The notes beneath the pieces were generated by a model that ran no database searches, had not been told where the DNA came from, and saw only the letters and a program-made list of their open reading frames with translations. Below, one piece after another: positions 1 through 9,552 of a stretch of 64,000 nt of DNA. Both the position numbers and the translations under genes were made by a program. Each line of letters starts with the position of its first letter. Within the stretch, counting starts at the first letter, position 1. Where the stretch lies: the NCBI GenBank assembly GCA_017441065.1, contig JAFSAI010000024.1, positions 1,142-65,141 on the forward strand, given 5' to 3'. The DNA is from Bacilli bacterium (GTDB lineage Bacteria > Bacillota_I > Bacilli_A > RF39 > UBA660).

Positions 1-295
1 TACAATTACATCATTAGAGTGTATGGCATTGAATGTCGGAGAAGAAGATAAAATTGTTGGATTCAGTGATAAAAATGGTTATTATATTGGGATATTTAAT
101 GATGAATATACACTAGTTGGAGAATATGAATATTTAAGCAATGCTGAATTTGAAGAATTTTCAAACAAATATAATGTTATATTAGATATTAAAATAAATT
201 ATGAAAAAGTTATTAACTATGCATTAACTAAGGATTCAATTAATCCACACATAGTAAATCCGATTTATATTAAAAAGATAGATGTTGAAAAATGA
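1..295 (+). CDS. tsaB: C-terminal part of tRNA threonylcarbamoyladenosine protein TsaB (5' end outside the window)
   Basis: The open frame runs from the window edge. It overlaps the rimI start (ATGA at 292-295) in the classic tsaB-rimI-tsaD order. The assignment rests on context rather than a strong motif. Confidence 0.5.
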   Translation, partial: TITSLECMALNVGEEDKIVGFSDKNGYYIGIFNDEYTLVGEYEYLSNAEFEEFSNKYNVILDIKINYEKVINYALTKDSINPHIVNPIYIKKIDVEK

Positions 296-711
296 TTAGA
301 AAAGCCACAGAAAAAGATATAGTAGAAATAATAAAATTAGGGAGTATATTAAATACTAACTTTTCAAAAACTTATGATATTAGTCAATATTTAAAAGATG
401 AGAAATATATAATTCTACTTAATGAAGATGATGGTATTAATGCATTTATAATTGTGTATAAAAATATAGATTATTTTGAATTAGAAGCCATTGCAGTAAA
501 TATTAACTTTAGAAAAAAAGGAATAGCCAGTAGATTAATAAATTTTTTTGAAGAAAAATATACAAAAAAGGGCGATTCAATATTGTTAGAAGTTGCAGTT
601 AACAATGAAGCTGCAGTGTCATTGTATAAAAAAATAGGATTTGAAATCATAAATATTAGAAAAAAATATTATGACCAAATAGATGCTTATGTAATGAAGA
701 AGGTGATTTAG
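292..711 (+). CDS. rimI: GNAT acetyltransferase, ribosomal-protein-alanine N-acetyltransferase RimI-like
   Basis: 139 aa with a GNAT acetyl-CoA motif (AVNINFRKKGIASRLI). It sits between tsaB and tsaD and overlaps both neighbours. Confidence 0.8.
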   Translation: MIRKATEKDIVEIIKLGSILNTNFSKTYDISQYLKDEKYIILLNEDDGINAFIIVYKNIDYFELEAIAVNINFRKKGIASRLINFFEEKYTKKGDSILLEVAVNNEAAVSLYKKIGFEIINIRKKYYDQIDAYVMKKVI

Positions 712-1715
712 TGAAAGATATAAATATTCTTAGTATAGAAACATCATGTGATGAAACAAGCATAGCAATAGTAAAAAATGGAGTTGAAGTAGTCGCATTA
801 ACAATTCTTACTCAAATGGATACTCACGCTAATTTTGGGGGAGTTGTTCCTGAAATAGCATCTCGTATGCATGCGGAAAATATAACAATGGTTTTAGAAG
901 AAACTCTTAATAAAGCTAAGATGACAGTTGAAGATTGCGATGCTATTGCTGTTACATATTCTCCAGGATTATTAGGATCACTTTTAGTTGGCATAGAATT
1001 TGCCAAAGTTTTAGCATATGTATATAATAAACCCTTAATTAAGGTAAATCACTTAATTGGACATATTTATGCAAATAAAATCGGAGACAATCTAAAATTT
1101 CCTTGTTTGGCACTAGTAATTAGTGGTGGACATACTGAATTAATTAAAATGACTGGGGATTATGAATTTGAAAAATTAGGTGAAACACAAGATGACGCTA
1201 TAGGTGAAGCATTTGATAAAGTTGCAAGAGTTATCGGTTTAAAATATCCAGGTGGACCAAACATAGAAAGATTGGCTAGTGAAGGTAAAGATACATATAA
1301 ACTGCCAATTCCAGTGAATGATAACACATATAATTTCAGTTATAGCGGTCTAAAGAGTAGTGTAATTAATTTAGTAAATAATGAACGACAACGAGGAAAT
1401 GAAATCAGAAAAGAAGATTTAGCTTGTTCTTTTCAAACTACAGCAGTAGATGAATTAAAAAGAAAATTGGAGCTTGCATTAAAAAATACAAATATAAAAA
1501 ATGTAATAATTGCTGGTGGAGTATCTGCAAATAAATATTTAAGAAGCGAGTTAGCTACAATTTGTCAAAAATATAATGCCACATTAGATTTACCAGAGTT
1601 TATTTATTGTACTGATAATGCAGCTATGATAGGAGCAGCTGCATATCCTTTATTCATAAAAGGTGAGTTTGCCGATTTAGATTTAAATGCTGAATCGAAT
1701 TCACAAATATGTTAA
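711..1715 (+). CDS. tsaD: tRNA N6-adenosine threonylcarbamoyltransferase TsaD
   Basis: 334 aa with hallmark Kae1/TsaD segments: ETSCDETS, HMHAEN, SGGHTEL, DDAIGEAFDKVAR and CTDNAAMIG. The GTG start overlaps the rimI stop. Confidence 0.95.
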   Translation: MKDINILSIETSCDETSIAIVKNGVEVVALTILTQMDTHANFGGVVPEIASRMHAENITMVLEETLNKAKMTVEDCDAIAVTYSPGLLGSLLVGIEFAKVLAYVYNKPLIKVNHLIGHIYANKIGDNLKFPCLALVISGGHTELIKMTGDYEFEKLGETQDDAIGEAFDKVARVIGLKYPGGPNIERLASEGKDTYKLPIPVNDNTYNFSYSGLKSSVINLVNNERQRGNEIRKEDLACSFQTTAVDELKRKLELALKNTNIKNVIIAGGVSANKYLRSELATICQKYNATLDLPEFIYCTDNAAMIGAAAYPLFIKGEFADLDLNAESNSQIC

Positions 1716-1775
1716 TAACTCCATAATTATCAACAAAATTTACAATTAATGTAAAATATGATATAATTTAGGTAC

Positions 1776-2126
1776 GGGGTAGTTTGGTTTCGACATGTAA
1801 ATACTAGAAATGATTGCAAGTGGTAGGCATACCTAAAATGCATAAAAAAATAAATAACGAAACTAATTATAGTTTTGCTCCAGTATACGCTTAATAACGC
1901 GTAGGAGTACTTTATAATAGCTTTGCTTATAGGGCAATTATAAGGTTAATACATATAAGATATATTATTTTATTTGATTAATGTAAAATAATGAATATTT
2001 AATTAATCTTGTTATATAGAAAGTGTGTTGGAGCTGTCTATATAATAAAATAAATTCCAACTAAACTTGTAGATATTGTTTAATAGGTTATATTGGACAC
2101 GAGTTCAACTCTCGTCTACTCCACCA
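1776..2126 (+). ncRNA. ssrA: tmRNA (ssrA)
   Basis: 5' GGGGUAG pairs with 3' CUACUCC followed by ACCA, including a G3:U pair (alanine identity). There is a T-arm-like GGACACGAGTTCAACTCTCGTC. The internal tag frame ends NETNYSFAPVYA and is followed by tandem TAA TAA (1892-1897). Confidence 0.9.
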
Positions 2127-2137
2127 AATTAGTGAAT

Positions 2138-2162
2138 AAATCTCAATATTGAGATTTTTTTA
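2138..2162 (+). terminator. Rho-independent terminator after tmRNA
   Basis: Perfect palindrome AAATCTCAAT/ATTGAGATTT followed by a T-run. Confidence 0.7.
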
Positions 2163-2219
2163 TTTGACAAATAATTGCTAATTTAATAAATTCATTATAA
2201 AATATATCTAGGTGATAGT

Positions 2220-2663
2220 ATGGGAAAAGTATATAATAAAGTATTAGAATTTGAAAGAAAATATTCTGGCGGAATTACATGGCGCTTAAAAAGACATTGC
2301 AAAGTTGTTGAAGAATACATAAATCCAGACGAAGAAGTATTATATGCTTTCTGTGCTCAAAAAAACGAAAAAGTAACAGAAATATTTAATACATTTGTAA
2401 TTGTAGTAACATCAAAAAGACTTTTATTAGGACATAAAAGACTTTTGTGGGGAAGTTTTCTATATTCAGTAACTCCGGATTTATACAATGATTTACAAGT
2501 ATATAAAGGCCTTATTTGGGGTAAAATTACAATTGATACAGTTAAAGAAAAAATAATTTTAACTAATTTACCAAAAAGTGGTTTAGATGAAATTGAAACT
2601 ACTATTTCAGAATTCATGATGGATGCTAAACAAAGATATAATGATGAAGAAGAAGGAAAGTAA
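2220..2663 (+). CDS. Hypothetical protein, bacterial PH-domain-like (tentative)
   Basis: 147 aa with RBS GGTGA. The pattern EEVLYAFCAQ...VIVVTSKRLLLG is typical of bacterial PH (YokE-like) domains. The family call is from memory only. Confidence 0.55.
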   Translation: MGKVYNKVLEFERKYSGGITWRLKRHCKVVEEYINPDEEVLYAFCAQKNEKVTEIFNTFVIVVTSKRLLLGHKRLLWGSFLYSVTPDLYNDLQVYKGLIWGKITIDTVKEKIILTNLPKSGLDEIETTISEFMMDAKQRYNDEEEGK

Positions 2664-3729
2664 ATTAGTAATATTTCTTACAATTTTAATAGTTATATTT
2701 AGTACTTTTATATATTTTGTATTTAAACCATATGAATATAAACAAGAATATTTTATAAATGAATATAAAGTAGAAGAAAAGTTTAATAAACAAGATAAAT
2801 ATTATACTTTTACAATTACAAATGGTAATGAAAAATATGTATATTTAATAGAAAATAAATATTCTCGAAAAAGAGAACTAATTCAAGAAATACAAATAGC
2901 AAAAAATGAAGATGAAATTTGTATATTACCTAAAAGCAATAAAATTGCTTTTTACCCATTATGTAATAGTGATAATAATATTTATGCTTATAATTTATCT
3001 AATATAAAAGATCTAGATTATAAATATAATAAAATAAAAAATTTCAATGAAGAATATAAGAATATTAAACTGAATAAGTTAAATGATATATCATTTTTAT
3101 TATATAATTATAAAGGCTTTTATTTAATAAATGAAAAAGCCAAAAAAGATATTAAATTATTTGATAAGGATATATACACAATACAATTAATATATCAACA
3201 AGATCAATATCTTCTTGTTCCAGATTATAATCAAAGCTATTTCTTTAATAAAATTTATGTAATAAATATTCTAAATGGAAAAATCAAAGAAATAGATTTT
3301 GAATATGATATTTCGTATGAAAGTATTTTTTTAGGAAGTTACAAAAATAATGTATATTTATTAGATAATAAGGAAGAAAAAGAGTATAAAATAAATATAA
3401 AGAAAAATGAAATTGAAGAAATAGAATTTCAAACATTAGAAGAAAATAAAATGGTAAAAAAGGATTTTAAAAAGATTAAACCATTTCCAACTAAAAATAT
3501 TTTTGAATACGAGATTATTGATGGTAAAATATATCATGTTATTGATAATAACAAAATAAGAATTTCTAATTTAGATGTTGATAAAATAGTATCAACAATG
3601 AAAGACACTGTTTATTATTTAAGTAACGAAAATTTATATATGTATAATAATCAGTACGGAGAAATATTATTGATTAGTAATTTTGAATGGAATTTTAATA
3701 ACACAAATATGATTTATTTATATAAATAA
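2641..3729 (+). CDS. Hypothetical membrane-anchored protein
   Basis: Long ORF with one N-terminal TM helix (LVIFLTILIVIFSTFIYFVF). The start is uncertain (2623 or 2641). No recognisable domain. Confidence 0.55.
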   Translation: MMKKKESKLVIFLTILIVIFSTFIYFVFKPYEYKQEYFINEYKVEEKFNKQDKYYTFTITNGNEKYVYLIENKYSRKRELIQEIQIAKNEDEICILPKSNKIAFYPLCNSDNNIYAYNLSNIKDLDYKYNKIKNFNEEYKNIKLNKLNDISFLLYNYKGFYLINEKAKKDIKLFDKDIYTIQLIYQQDQYLLVPDYNQSYFFNKIYVINILNGKIKEIDFEYDISYESIFLGSYKNNVYLLDNKEEKEYKINIKKNEIEEIEFQTLEENKMVKKDFKKIKPFPTKNIFEYEIIDGKIYHVIDNNKIRISNLDVDKIVSTMKDTVYYLSNENLYMYNNQYGEILLISNFEWNFNNTNMIYLYK

Positions 3730-3771
3730 CACATTTGTGTTTTTTTCATACCTTATATTAGAGGTGGAAAA

Positions 3772-4221
3772 ATGTTTGAAAGTTATCGTATAAGAAAAGG
3801 GGAAGATTTATATACCATTGCAAACAAATGTAATACTACAGTAAAAGTATTAAAAGATTTAAATAATATATATTATTTAGATATGGTTAGAGAAGGAATG
3901 GATATAATTGTTCCGACTGACAGCAAAGAATATTTTAATTACTATACAGTAGAAAGCGGAGATAGTTTATATGCTATAGCAAGGAAATATAACATAAATC
4001 CAGAATTATTAGCTAATATGAATGGATTGAATATGGATGACTATATTTATCCAAATCAAACCCTTTTGATTCCTAAAAACGGATATTCATATTATATTAC
4101 AGCAGAAGGAGATACTTTAGATGAAGTTATAAAAGCTTTTAATTCTAATAAAGATAAATTTTTAAATGAAAATAGTACAATATATTTATTATCTGGTCAA
4201 TTATTAGTAAATAAAAAGTAG
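3772..4221 (+). CDS. LysM domain protein (2-3 LysM modules)
   Basis: Repeated LysM signatures: YRIRKGEDLYTIANK, YTVESGDSLYAIARKYN...LLIP and YITAEGDTLDEV. RBS GAGGTGG. Confidence 0.8.
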   Translation: MFESYRIRKGEDLYTIANKCNTTVKVLKDLNNIYYLDMVREGMDIIVPTDSKEYFNYYTVESGDSLYAIARKYNINPELLANMNGLNMDDYIYPNQTLLIPKNGYSYYITAEGDTLDEVIKAFNSNKDKFLNENSTIYLLSGQLLVNKK

Positions 4222-4283
4222 TTTACGGTCATGTAATTTACTTTTTTTTAGTTTCTTGATATTATAATATTAGGAGAATAGAT

Positions 4284-5888
4284 ATGATATTTAAGAAACC
4301 ATATGCATTTTTAATTAAATATTTTAAGTTAATAAATTTAGCATTAGCAATATTATCAATTTATATTACATACAGATCATATAATATAATTAGTTTTTTT
4401 AATGAATATATTACTCAAAACTATTCTGGAAATTTTTATCCAGGATTTTCAGATAATTACATTTCTTTGTCTATATATGTTGTAATTATTTTGATAATTA
4501 TTGGAATATCATTTATATGTTTGCTATTCAAATATAAGAAAAAGCCAATAAAAGAATATTTAACAAGTATATTATATTTTATAATATTTTTTATATTTTT
4601 AACATTTATAAAAAATATAATGGTTACTTTGGAAACAAATGTTATAACTGCAGAAACAGCTAGAATATATCGTGATTTATCAATGATTTCAATTATACCT
4701 CAACCTATTTTTATAATATTATTTTTAGTAAGAGGTTTAGGATTTAATTTAAAAAAATTTAATTTTAAAGAAGACTTAAAAGAAATGGAAATTTCTGAAC
4801 AAGATAGTGAAGAAGTAGAAATTACCATTAAAAGAGATGGAGTCAAATTAAAAAGAAATATTAGAAGATTTGGTAGAGAATTTATTTATTATATTAAAGA
4901 AAACAAATTTATTTTTATAATAATATGTATATGTTTAACTATAGCATTTGGTTTTTTATTATATAAATCGTTACCAGAAATAGTAGACAAAAATTATAAT
5001 CAAGGGGATACCTTTAATATTGGGAATTTAGTATATAAAGTGGAAGATAGTATTATTACCAATATTGATTATAAAGGAGAGTCTTTAGGAAAAGATACAT
5101 ATTACGTTGTTACTAGATTATATATAGAAAATACTTCATTTGAAGATACAACCTTAGATTATAACAATTTCAGATTATTAATAGGAGATAGTTATGTTTA
5201 TCCAGTAGTAGATAAAGGAAGTAATTTTATTGATTATGCTGAAAATTTTTATGGAAAAGTAATTAAAGCTGAGTCAAAGCAATTATACTCATTAGTATTT
5301 AAAATAAAAGATAATGAAGTTAAGAAAAATTATGATATAAAAATTTCTAGAGGATCAGCGTTAAGTGGAAATCAATTAATTGGAAGCTTTAACTATGTTA
5401 CAATAACTCCAATTGTAATCAATAAGGTAACAGTTGAACAAACCACAAACAAGGGAGAAGAGATATCTTTTGTAAATAGTAATTTAGGTAATAGTAAATT
5501 AACATTATCAAATCCAATAATTACTGACAAATATCTATATGATTATGAATATTGTGTTAATAGTAATTGTAAAACTTACAAAGATATAGTTAGTATTGAT
5601 TATACCAAAAATAATAAATTATTATTAATCCTTGATTATGAATTTATTTTAGATAAAGAAATTCCTTATTATAAATATTCGAAATCAATAAACACATTTG
5701 TTGATACATTTATGAAAATTAGATATTCAGATGGTGATGAATTTAAATATTATGATATAACTAATGTAACACCTAGTAAATTAAAAAATAAAATTGTGTT
5801 AGAAACTACAAATAAAATAAAAAATGCTGAAGAATTGGCAATATCAATTACTATTAGAAATAAGGAATATATAATAAATTTAAAATAA
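4284..5888 (+). CDS. Multi-pass membrane protein with an extracellular beta-rich C-terminal domain (DUF4352-like, tentative)
   Basis: 534 aa with several hydrophobic helices in the first 230 aa, followed by a soluble domain. RBS AGGAG. Confidence 0.65.
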   Translation: MIFKKPYAFLIKYFKLINLALAILSIYITYRSYNIISFFNEYITQNYSGNFYPGFSDNYISLSIYVVIILIIIGISFICLLFKYKKKPIKEYLTSILYFIIFFIFLTFIKNIMVTLETNVITAETARIYRDLSMISIIPQPIFIILFLVRGLGFNLKKFNFKEDLKEMEISEQDSEEVEITIKRDGVKLKRNIRRFGREFIYYIKENKFIFIIICICLTIAFGFLLYKSLPEIVDKNYNQGDTFNIGNLVYKVEDSIITNIDYKGESLGKDTYYVVTRLYIENTSFEDTTLDYNNFRLLIGDSYVYPVVDKGSNFIDYAENFYGKVIKAESKQLYSLVFKIKDNEVKKNYDIKISRGSALSGNQLIGSFNYVTITPIVINKVTVEQTTNKGEEISFVNSNLGNSKLTLSNPIITDKYLYDYEYCVNSNCKTYKDIVSIDYTKNNKLLLILDYEFILDKEIPYYKYSKSINTFVDTFMKIRYSDGDEFKYYDITNVTPSKLKNKIVLETTNKIKNAEELAISITIRNKEYIINLK

Positions 5889-6179
5889 ATCATTTAATAT
5901 ATTTTTCTAAATTATTTAAATCAGTATTTTGTTGTAACATTTTATAATAATTTATTAAAATCTTATTATAAAAATTAATTTTATTTTTAATACATTTAAA
6001 TTTAAATACAGAATATAAAATACACAGGTTTGTGTATTTTTTTTCAATTGGTTTAATAATCTTTATATAATATTTATATTCTTTTTTCATATTATCACAC
6101 GTATATTATAACACAAAGAGGACATATTAGTTACCGGATATTATAATTTTATAATGTAAAAATTATTTTGGTGGTAAAT

Positions 6180-6422
6180 ATGACAACATTTAAAAGAGAA
6201 TTTAAGTTTGAAAATAACATAAGAGAAAATATTTCAAAAAATATAAGAAAATATAGATTGGAATCAGGAATTACTCAAGAACAATTAGCGGTAGATATTG
6301 GATTATCTTATGATTTTGTAAGAAGACTAGAATTTAAAAAGGGAAAAGTTGGGTGCTCTATAGATACTTTATATAAAATTTCTGTAGTGTTAAATACAAG
6401 GATTGACAAATTTTTTGAATAG
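6180..6422 (+). CDS. Small XRE-family HTH regulator (paralogue of 37106-37348)
   Basis: The HTH is GITQEQLAVDIGLSYDFVRRLE. With the ATG at 6180 it is 80 aa, the same length as the paralogue and with a matching N-terminus (MTTFKREFKF vs MTAFKRDFKF). Confidence 0.8.
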   Translation: MTTFKREFKFENNIRENISKNIRKYRLESGITQEQLAVDIGLSYDFVRRLEFKKGKVGCSIDTLYKISVVLNTRIDKFFE

Positions 6423-6452
6423 TATATGTTATAATCATTTTAGGTGATAAAA

Positions 6453-7649
6453 ATGCAAAAGAAATATATAGAATTATTATTAAAAAGATGTTTATGTATT
6501 GAAGAGGGAACACCGTTATTCATTCACTATAACAAACTCAATAAAGATTTTGTTAATGCCCTGGTAGAATATGCTAAAAATATGGGAATAACTGATATTT
6601 ATTTAGATGAAGAAGATTCTGAATATTTACATGATTTATTAAATAAATTAAGTTTAGAAGAAATTGAAAGCCATGAAGCTTTTAATTGCAAGTGCTGGGA
6701 TGAATATGCAAAAAAAGGTGCAGCATTTTTAATGTTAGATACAACAATTCCTAAATTAATGGAAGATATAGATAGCGAAAAAATAGCTAAGTCTTCTTTT
6801 GTAAGAAGAAAAACAAAACCTGTGTATAAAGAAAAGCAATTAAAATCTTTAATTCCATGGTGTATTGCAGCATTACCAAATGAGGAATGGGCAAAAGATT
6901 TATTTCCTAAAAGTGATAATAAATTAGAAGATTTTTGGAATACAATAGCAGATATATGTATGTTAAATAGTGATAATCCAATTGAAAATTGGAACAATTT
7001 ATTAGAAAAACAGAAAAAAACAATTAAATATTTAAATGAATTAGAAATAAAAAAATTATATTATAAAAATGAATTAGGTACAGATTTTGAAATTAAATTA
7101 TCAGAAAAAGCATTATGGAAAGGTGCTTGTACTGGTAAATGGATAGTTAATTTGCCAAGTTATGAAGTGTTTACAACTCCAGACTATAAAACGGCAAATG
7201 GAATAGTATATAGTTCTATGCCACTTTTATATAATGGAAAAGAAATCAAGGATTTTTATTTAGAATTCAAAAATGGTAAAGTGTCTAATTTTGATGCAAA
7301 AGAAGGAAAAGATATATTAAAAGAAATAATTAATAGTGATGAATTATCTTCTTATTTAGGAGAAGTGGCATTAGTAAATTACGATTCGCCAATTTCTAAA
7401 ACTAATTTAATATTTAAAAATACTTTATTTGATGAAAATGCATCATGTCATTTAGCTTTAGGTTCTGGCTTTATTGAATGTATTAAAGATTCTAAAAATT
7501 TAGAACAGGAAGAACTAGAAAAATTGGGAGTAAACTTTTCAAAAAATCATGTAGATTTTATGATTGGAACAAAAGATTTAATAATAGAAGCCGATACCAA
7601 TAAAGGCAAAATTGTTATAATGAAAGATGGCAATTTAGTTATTAATTAA
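6453..7649 (+). CDS. M29-family aminopeptidase (AmpS/PepS-like)
   Basis: About 398 aa. The C-terminal segments GEVALVNYDSPI, DENASCHLALGSGF and NHVDFMIG resemble thermophilic metalloprotease M29. Confidence 0.8.
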   Translation: MQKKYIELLLKRCLCIEEGTPLFIHYNKLNKDFVNALVEYAKNMGITDIYLDEEDSEYLHDLLNKLSLEEIESHEAFNCKCWDEYAKKGAAFLMLDTTIPKLMEDIDSEKIAKSSFVRRKTKPVYKEKQLKSLIPWCIAALPNEEWAKDLFPKSDNKLEDFWNTIADICMLNSDNPIENWNNLLEKQKKTIKYLNELEIKKLYYKNELGTDFEIKLSEKALWKGACTGKWIVNLPSYEVFTTPDYKTANGIVYSSMPLLYNGKEIKDFYLEFKNGKVSNFDAKEGKDILKEIINSDELSSYLGEVALVNYDSPISKTNLIFKNTLFDENASCHLALGSGFIECIKDSKNLEQEELEKLGVNFSKNHVDFMIGTKDLIIEADTNKGKIVIMKDGNLVIN

Positions 7650-7656
7650 CAAAAAT

Positions 7657-7690
7657 AAAAAAGGAATATAAAATTCCTTTTTGTTTTTTT
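7657..7690. terminator. Bidirectional hairpin terminator between the aminopeptidase gene and tRNA-Cys
   Basis: AAAAAGGAAT-ATAAA-ATTCCTTTTT flanked by A-runs and T-runs. Confidence 0.6.
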
Positions 7691-7691
7691 A

Positions 7692-7765
7692 TGGAGGAGC
7701 CGGCCGGATTTGAACCGGCGATGACGGTGTTGCAGACCGGGGCCTTACCACTTGGCTACGGCTCC
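7692..7765 (-). tRNA. tRNA-Cys (GCA)
   Basis: The reverse complement GGAGCCGTAGCCAAGTGGTAAGGCCCCGGTCTGCAACACCGTCATCGCCGGTTCAAATCCGGCCGGCTCCTCCA folds as a cloverleaf. The anticodon loop is CTGCAAC, the discriminator is U, and CCA is encoded. Confidence 0.9.
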
Positions 7766-7991
7766 ATATATAACATTATATGCAATTTGTTTGCTAATAT
7801 TAATTCTAACTGATAATATAAAAAAAGTCAATTAATTAGCTTGTTTAAAACAATATAATGTTTCAAAATTATCAAAAAAACTTTATAATAAAGATAATTT
7901 TTCTAATTGCAACTTAAATTTAACAATAAACAACTGGAAGTTGGTAGTTGCTAATAACAATTTTAGATAAAATGTATGCGAGGTGAAAGAA

Positions 7992-9437
7992 ATGAGATTT
8001 GGTGAGAAATTAACTAAGTTAAGAAAAGAAGAAGGAATGTCACAAGAGGATTTAGCTAATAGTTTGAATGTTTCAAGACAAGCCGTGTCAAAATGGGAAT
8101 CAAATAGTTCTTATCCTGAAACTGATAAAATAATTGCCATATGTAAGTTATTTAATTGTAGTATGGATGAGCTAATAGGATTAAAAGAAGGTAAGGAAAA
8201 AAAGAACAATAAAATATTAGATAGTGTAAATAAATTTTTTGATTTATTTATAAAAGGTATTAAATTGTTTTATAGTATGACTTTTAAACAAAAAATAAAG
8301 TGTTTATTTGAAATGTTGTTTTATGGAATTATATTATTTGTATTCTTTTTGATTCTTAATAATATATTAATAGAAATTTTTAGAAATTTATTTTATTTAA
8401 TTCCGGATGAGTTGTTATTTATTTTAATACAAACATTTAAGGGGATTTTATATTTAATATTTTTAATAGTAGGTGTGTGTGTTCTTGTAAAATTATATCG
8501 AGTAAGATATTTAGATTATTATGAAGAATATGATAATAAAAAACAAGATTTAAAAAATGAAGAAATAATTATAGAAGAAAAACAAGAACCTAAAATAAAT
8601 ATAAAAGAAGAAAAGATAATTATTAGAGATCCAGATAATGGATTTAAACCAATTTCATGGATAAAAAATTGCTTTATAATAATTGTAAAAATGATATTAT
8701 CTTGTTTAGCCTTTGGTTTAGCAATAGCATTTGTTGTGTTAATAGCATGTAATATATTTGTAATATATTTTATGAATAGTGGTCTATTAATATTGTATAT
8801 TTTTTTAGTTATACTAGGAATTATTATAGGAATATACATTTTATTAGAAATTATTATAAAATTTATATTTGATATGAAACAAAGTCCTAAAAGATTATTT
8901 GTAATGTTTATATTAGCAATGTTAATAATAGGTATTAGTAGTGGTTTCTTTGCTTGTGAATTAACTACTTTTAGTATTGTTGATAAACCTGAATATAGTA
9001 ATTTAATTTATGAGGAAAAAATAGAAATGCAAGATAATCTAATAATAACTTCTTTAGATGATTATAATACTGAAATAATTATTGAAGAAAGAGATGACAT
9101 ATTAATAGACTTTTATGGTTCAGAATATAATATTTCACCAATTTATACATTTACAGATGATGTTTATTGTAGAGAAAATTATGGTAACAGAGATAATGCT
9201 GTATTATCAAAAACTTATACTTATTATAATTATTATGATTATTTTAATGGTAATACATTTAATGATTTTCTAAGAAATAGTTTAAAACTACTTGAAGAAA
9301 AAAAGATTATTACTGATGATTTATTATTTAGTGTTGAAGCCAAGATTCATATTTCAAAAGATAATTATGAAAAATTAAAACAAAATCTAAATAGTTGTGT
9401 ATATAGGTCATATGAGATATATGATTATAATAATTAG
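7992..9437 (+). CDS. XRE-family HTH protein fused to a multi-pass membrane domain
   Basis: N-terminal HTH_3 (FGEKLTKLRKEEGMSQEDLANSLNVSRQAVSKWE) followed by several TM helices. RBS GAGGTGA lies 5 nt upstream of the ATG at 7992. Confidence 0.8.
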   Translation: MRFGEKLTKLRKEEGMSQEDLANSLNVSRQAVSKWESNSSYPETDKIIAICKLFNCSMDELIGLKEGKEKKNNKILDSVNKFFDLFIKGIKLFYSMTFKQKIKCLFEMLFYGIILFVFFLILNNILIEIFRNLFYLIPDELLFILIQTFKGILYLIFLIVGVCVLVKLYRVRYLDYYEEYDNKKQDLKNEEIIIEEKQEPKINIKEEKIIIRDPDNGFKPISWIKNCFIIIVKMILSCLAFGLAIAFVVLIACNIFVIYFMNSGLLILYIFLVILGIIIGIYILLEIIIKFIFDMKQSPKRLFVMFILAMLIIGISSGFFACELTTFSIVDKPEYSNLIYEEKIEMQDNLIITSLDDYNTEIIIEERDDILIDFYGSEYNISPIYTFTDDVYCRENYGNRDNAVLSKTYTYYNYYDYFNGNTFNDFLRNSLKLLEEKKIITDDLLFSVEAKIHISKDNYEKLKQNLNSCVYRSYEIYDYNN

Positions 9438-9552
9438 CCTTTTTAAGGCTTTTTTTGTTACAATTTCTTGAAAACTTCACATTTAACGAATATACTTAAA
9501 ATGTAGTTTTAAAATTTTACTTATTAAAATATATATATTTAGGAGGCAACTT

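Noticed and set aside
5890-6090. 66-aa minus-strand ORF in the intergenic region before the first XRE gene.
   Set aside because: It has only a weak RBS and an extremely Lys/Ile/Tyr/Asn-rich sequence, typical of a random frame in AT-rich spacer DNA. It cannot be supported as a gene, though it cannot be excluded either.
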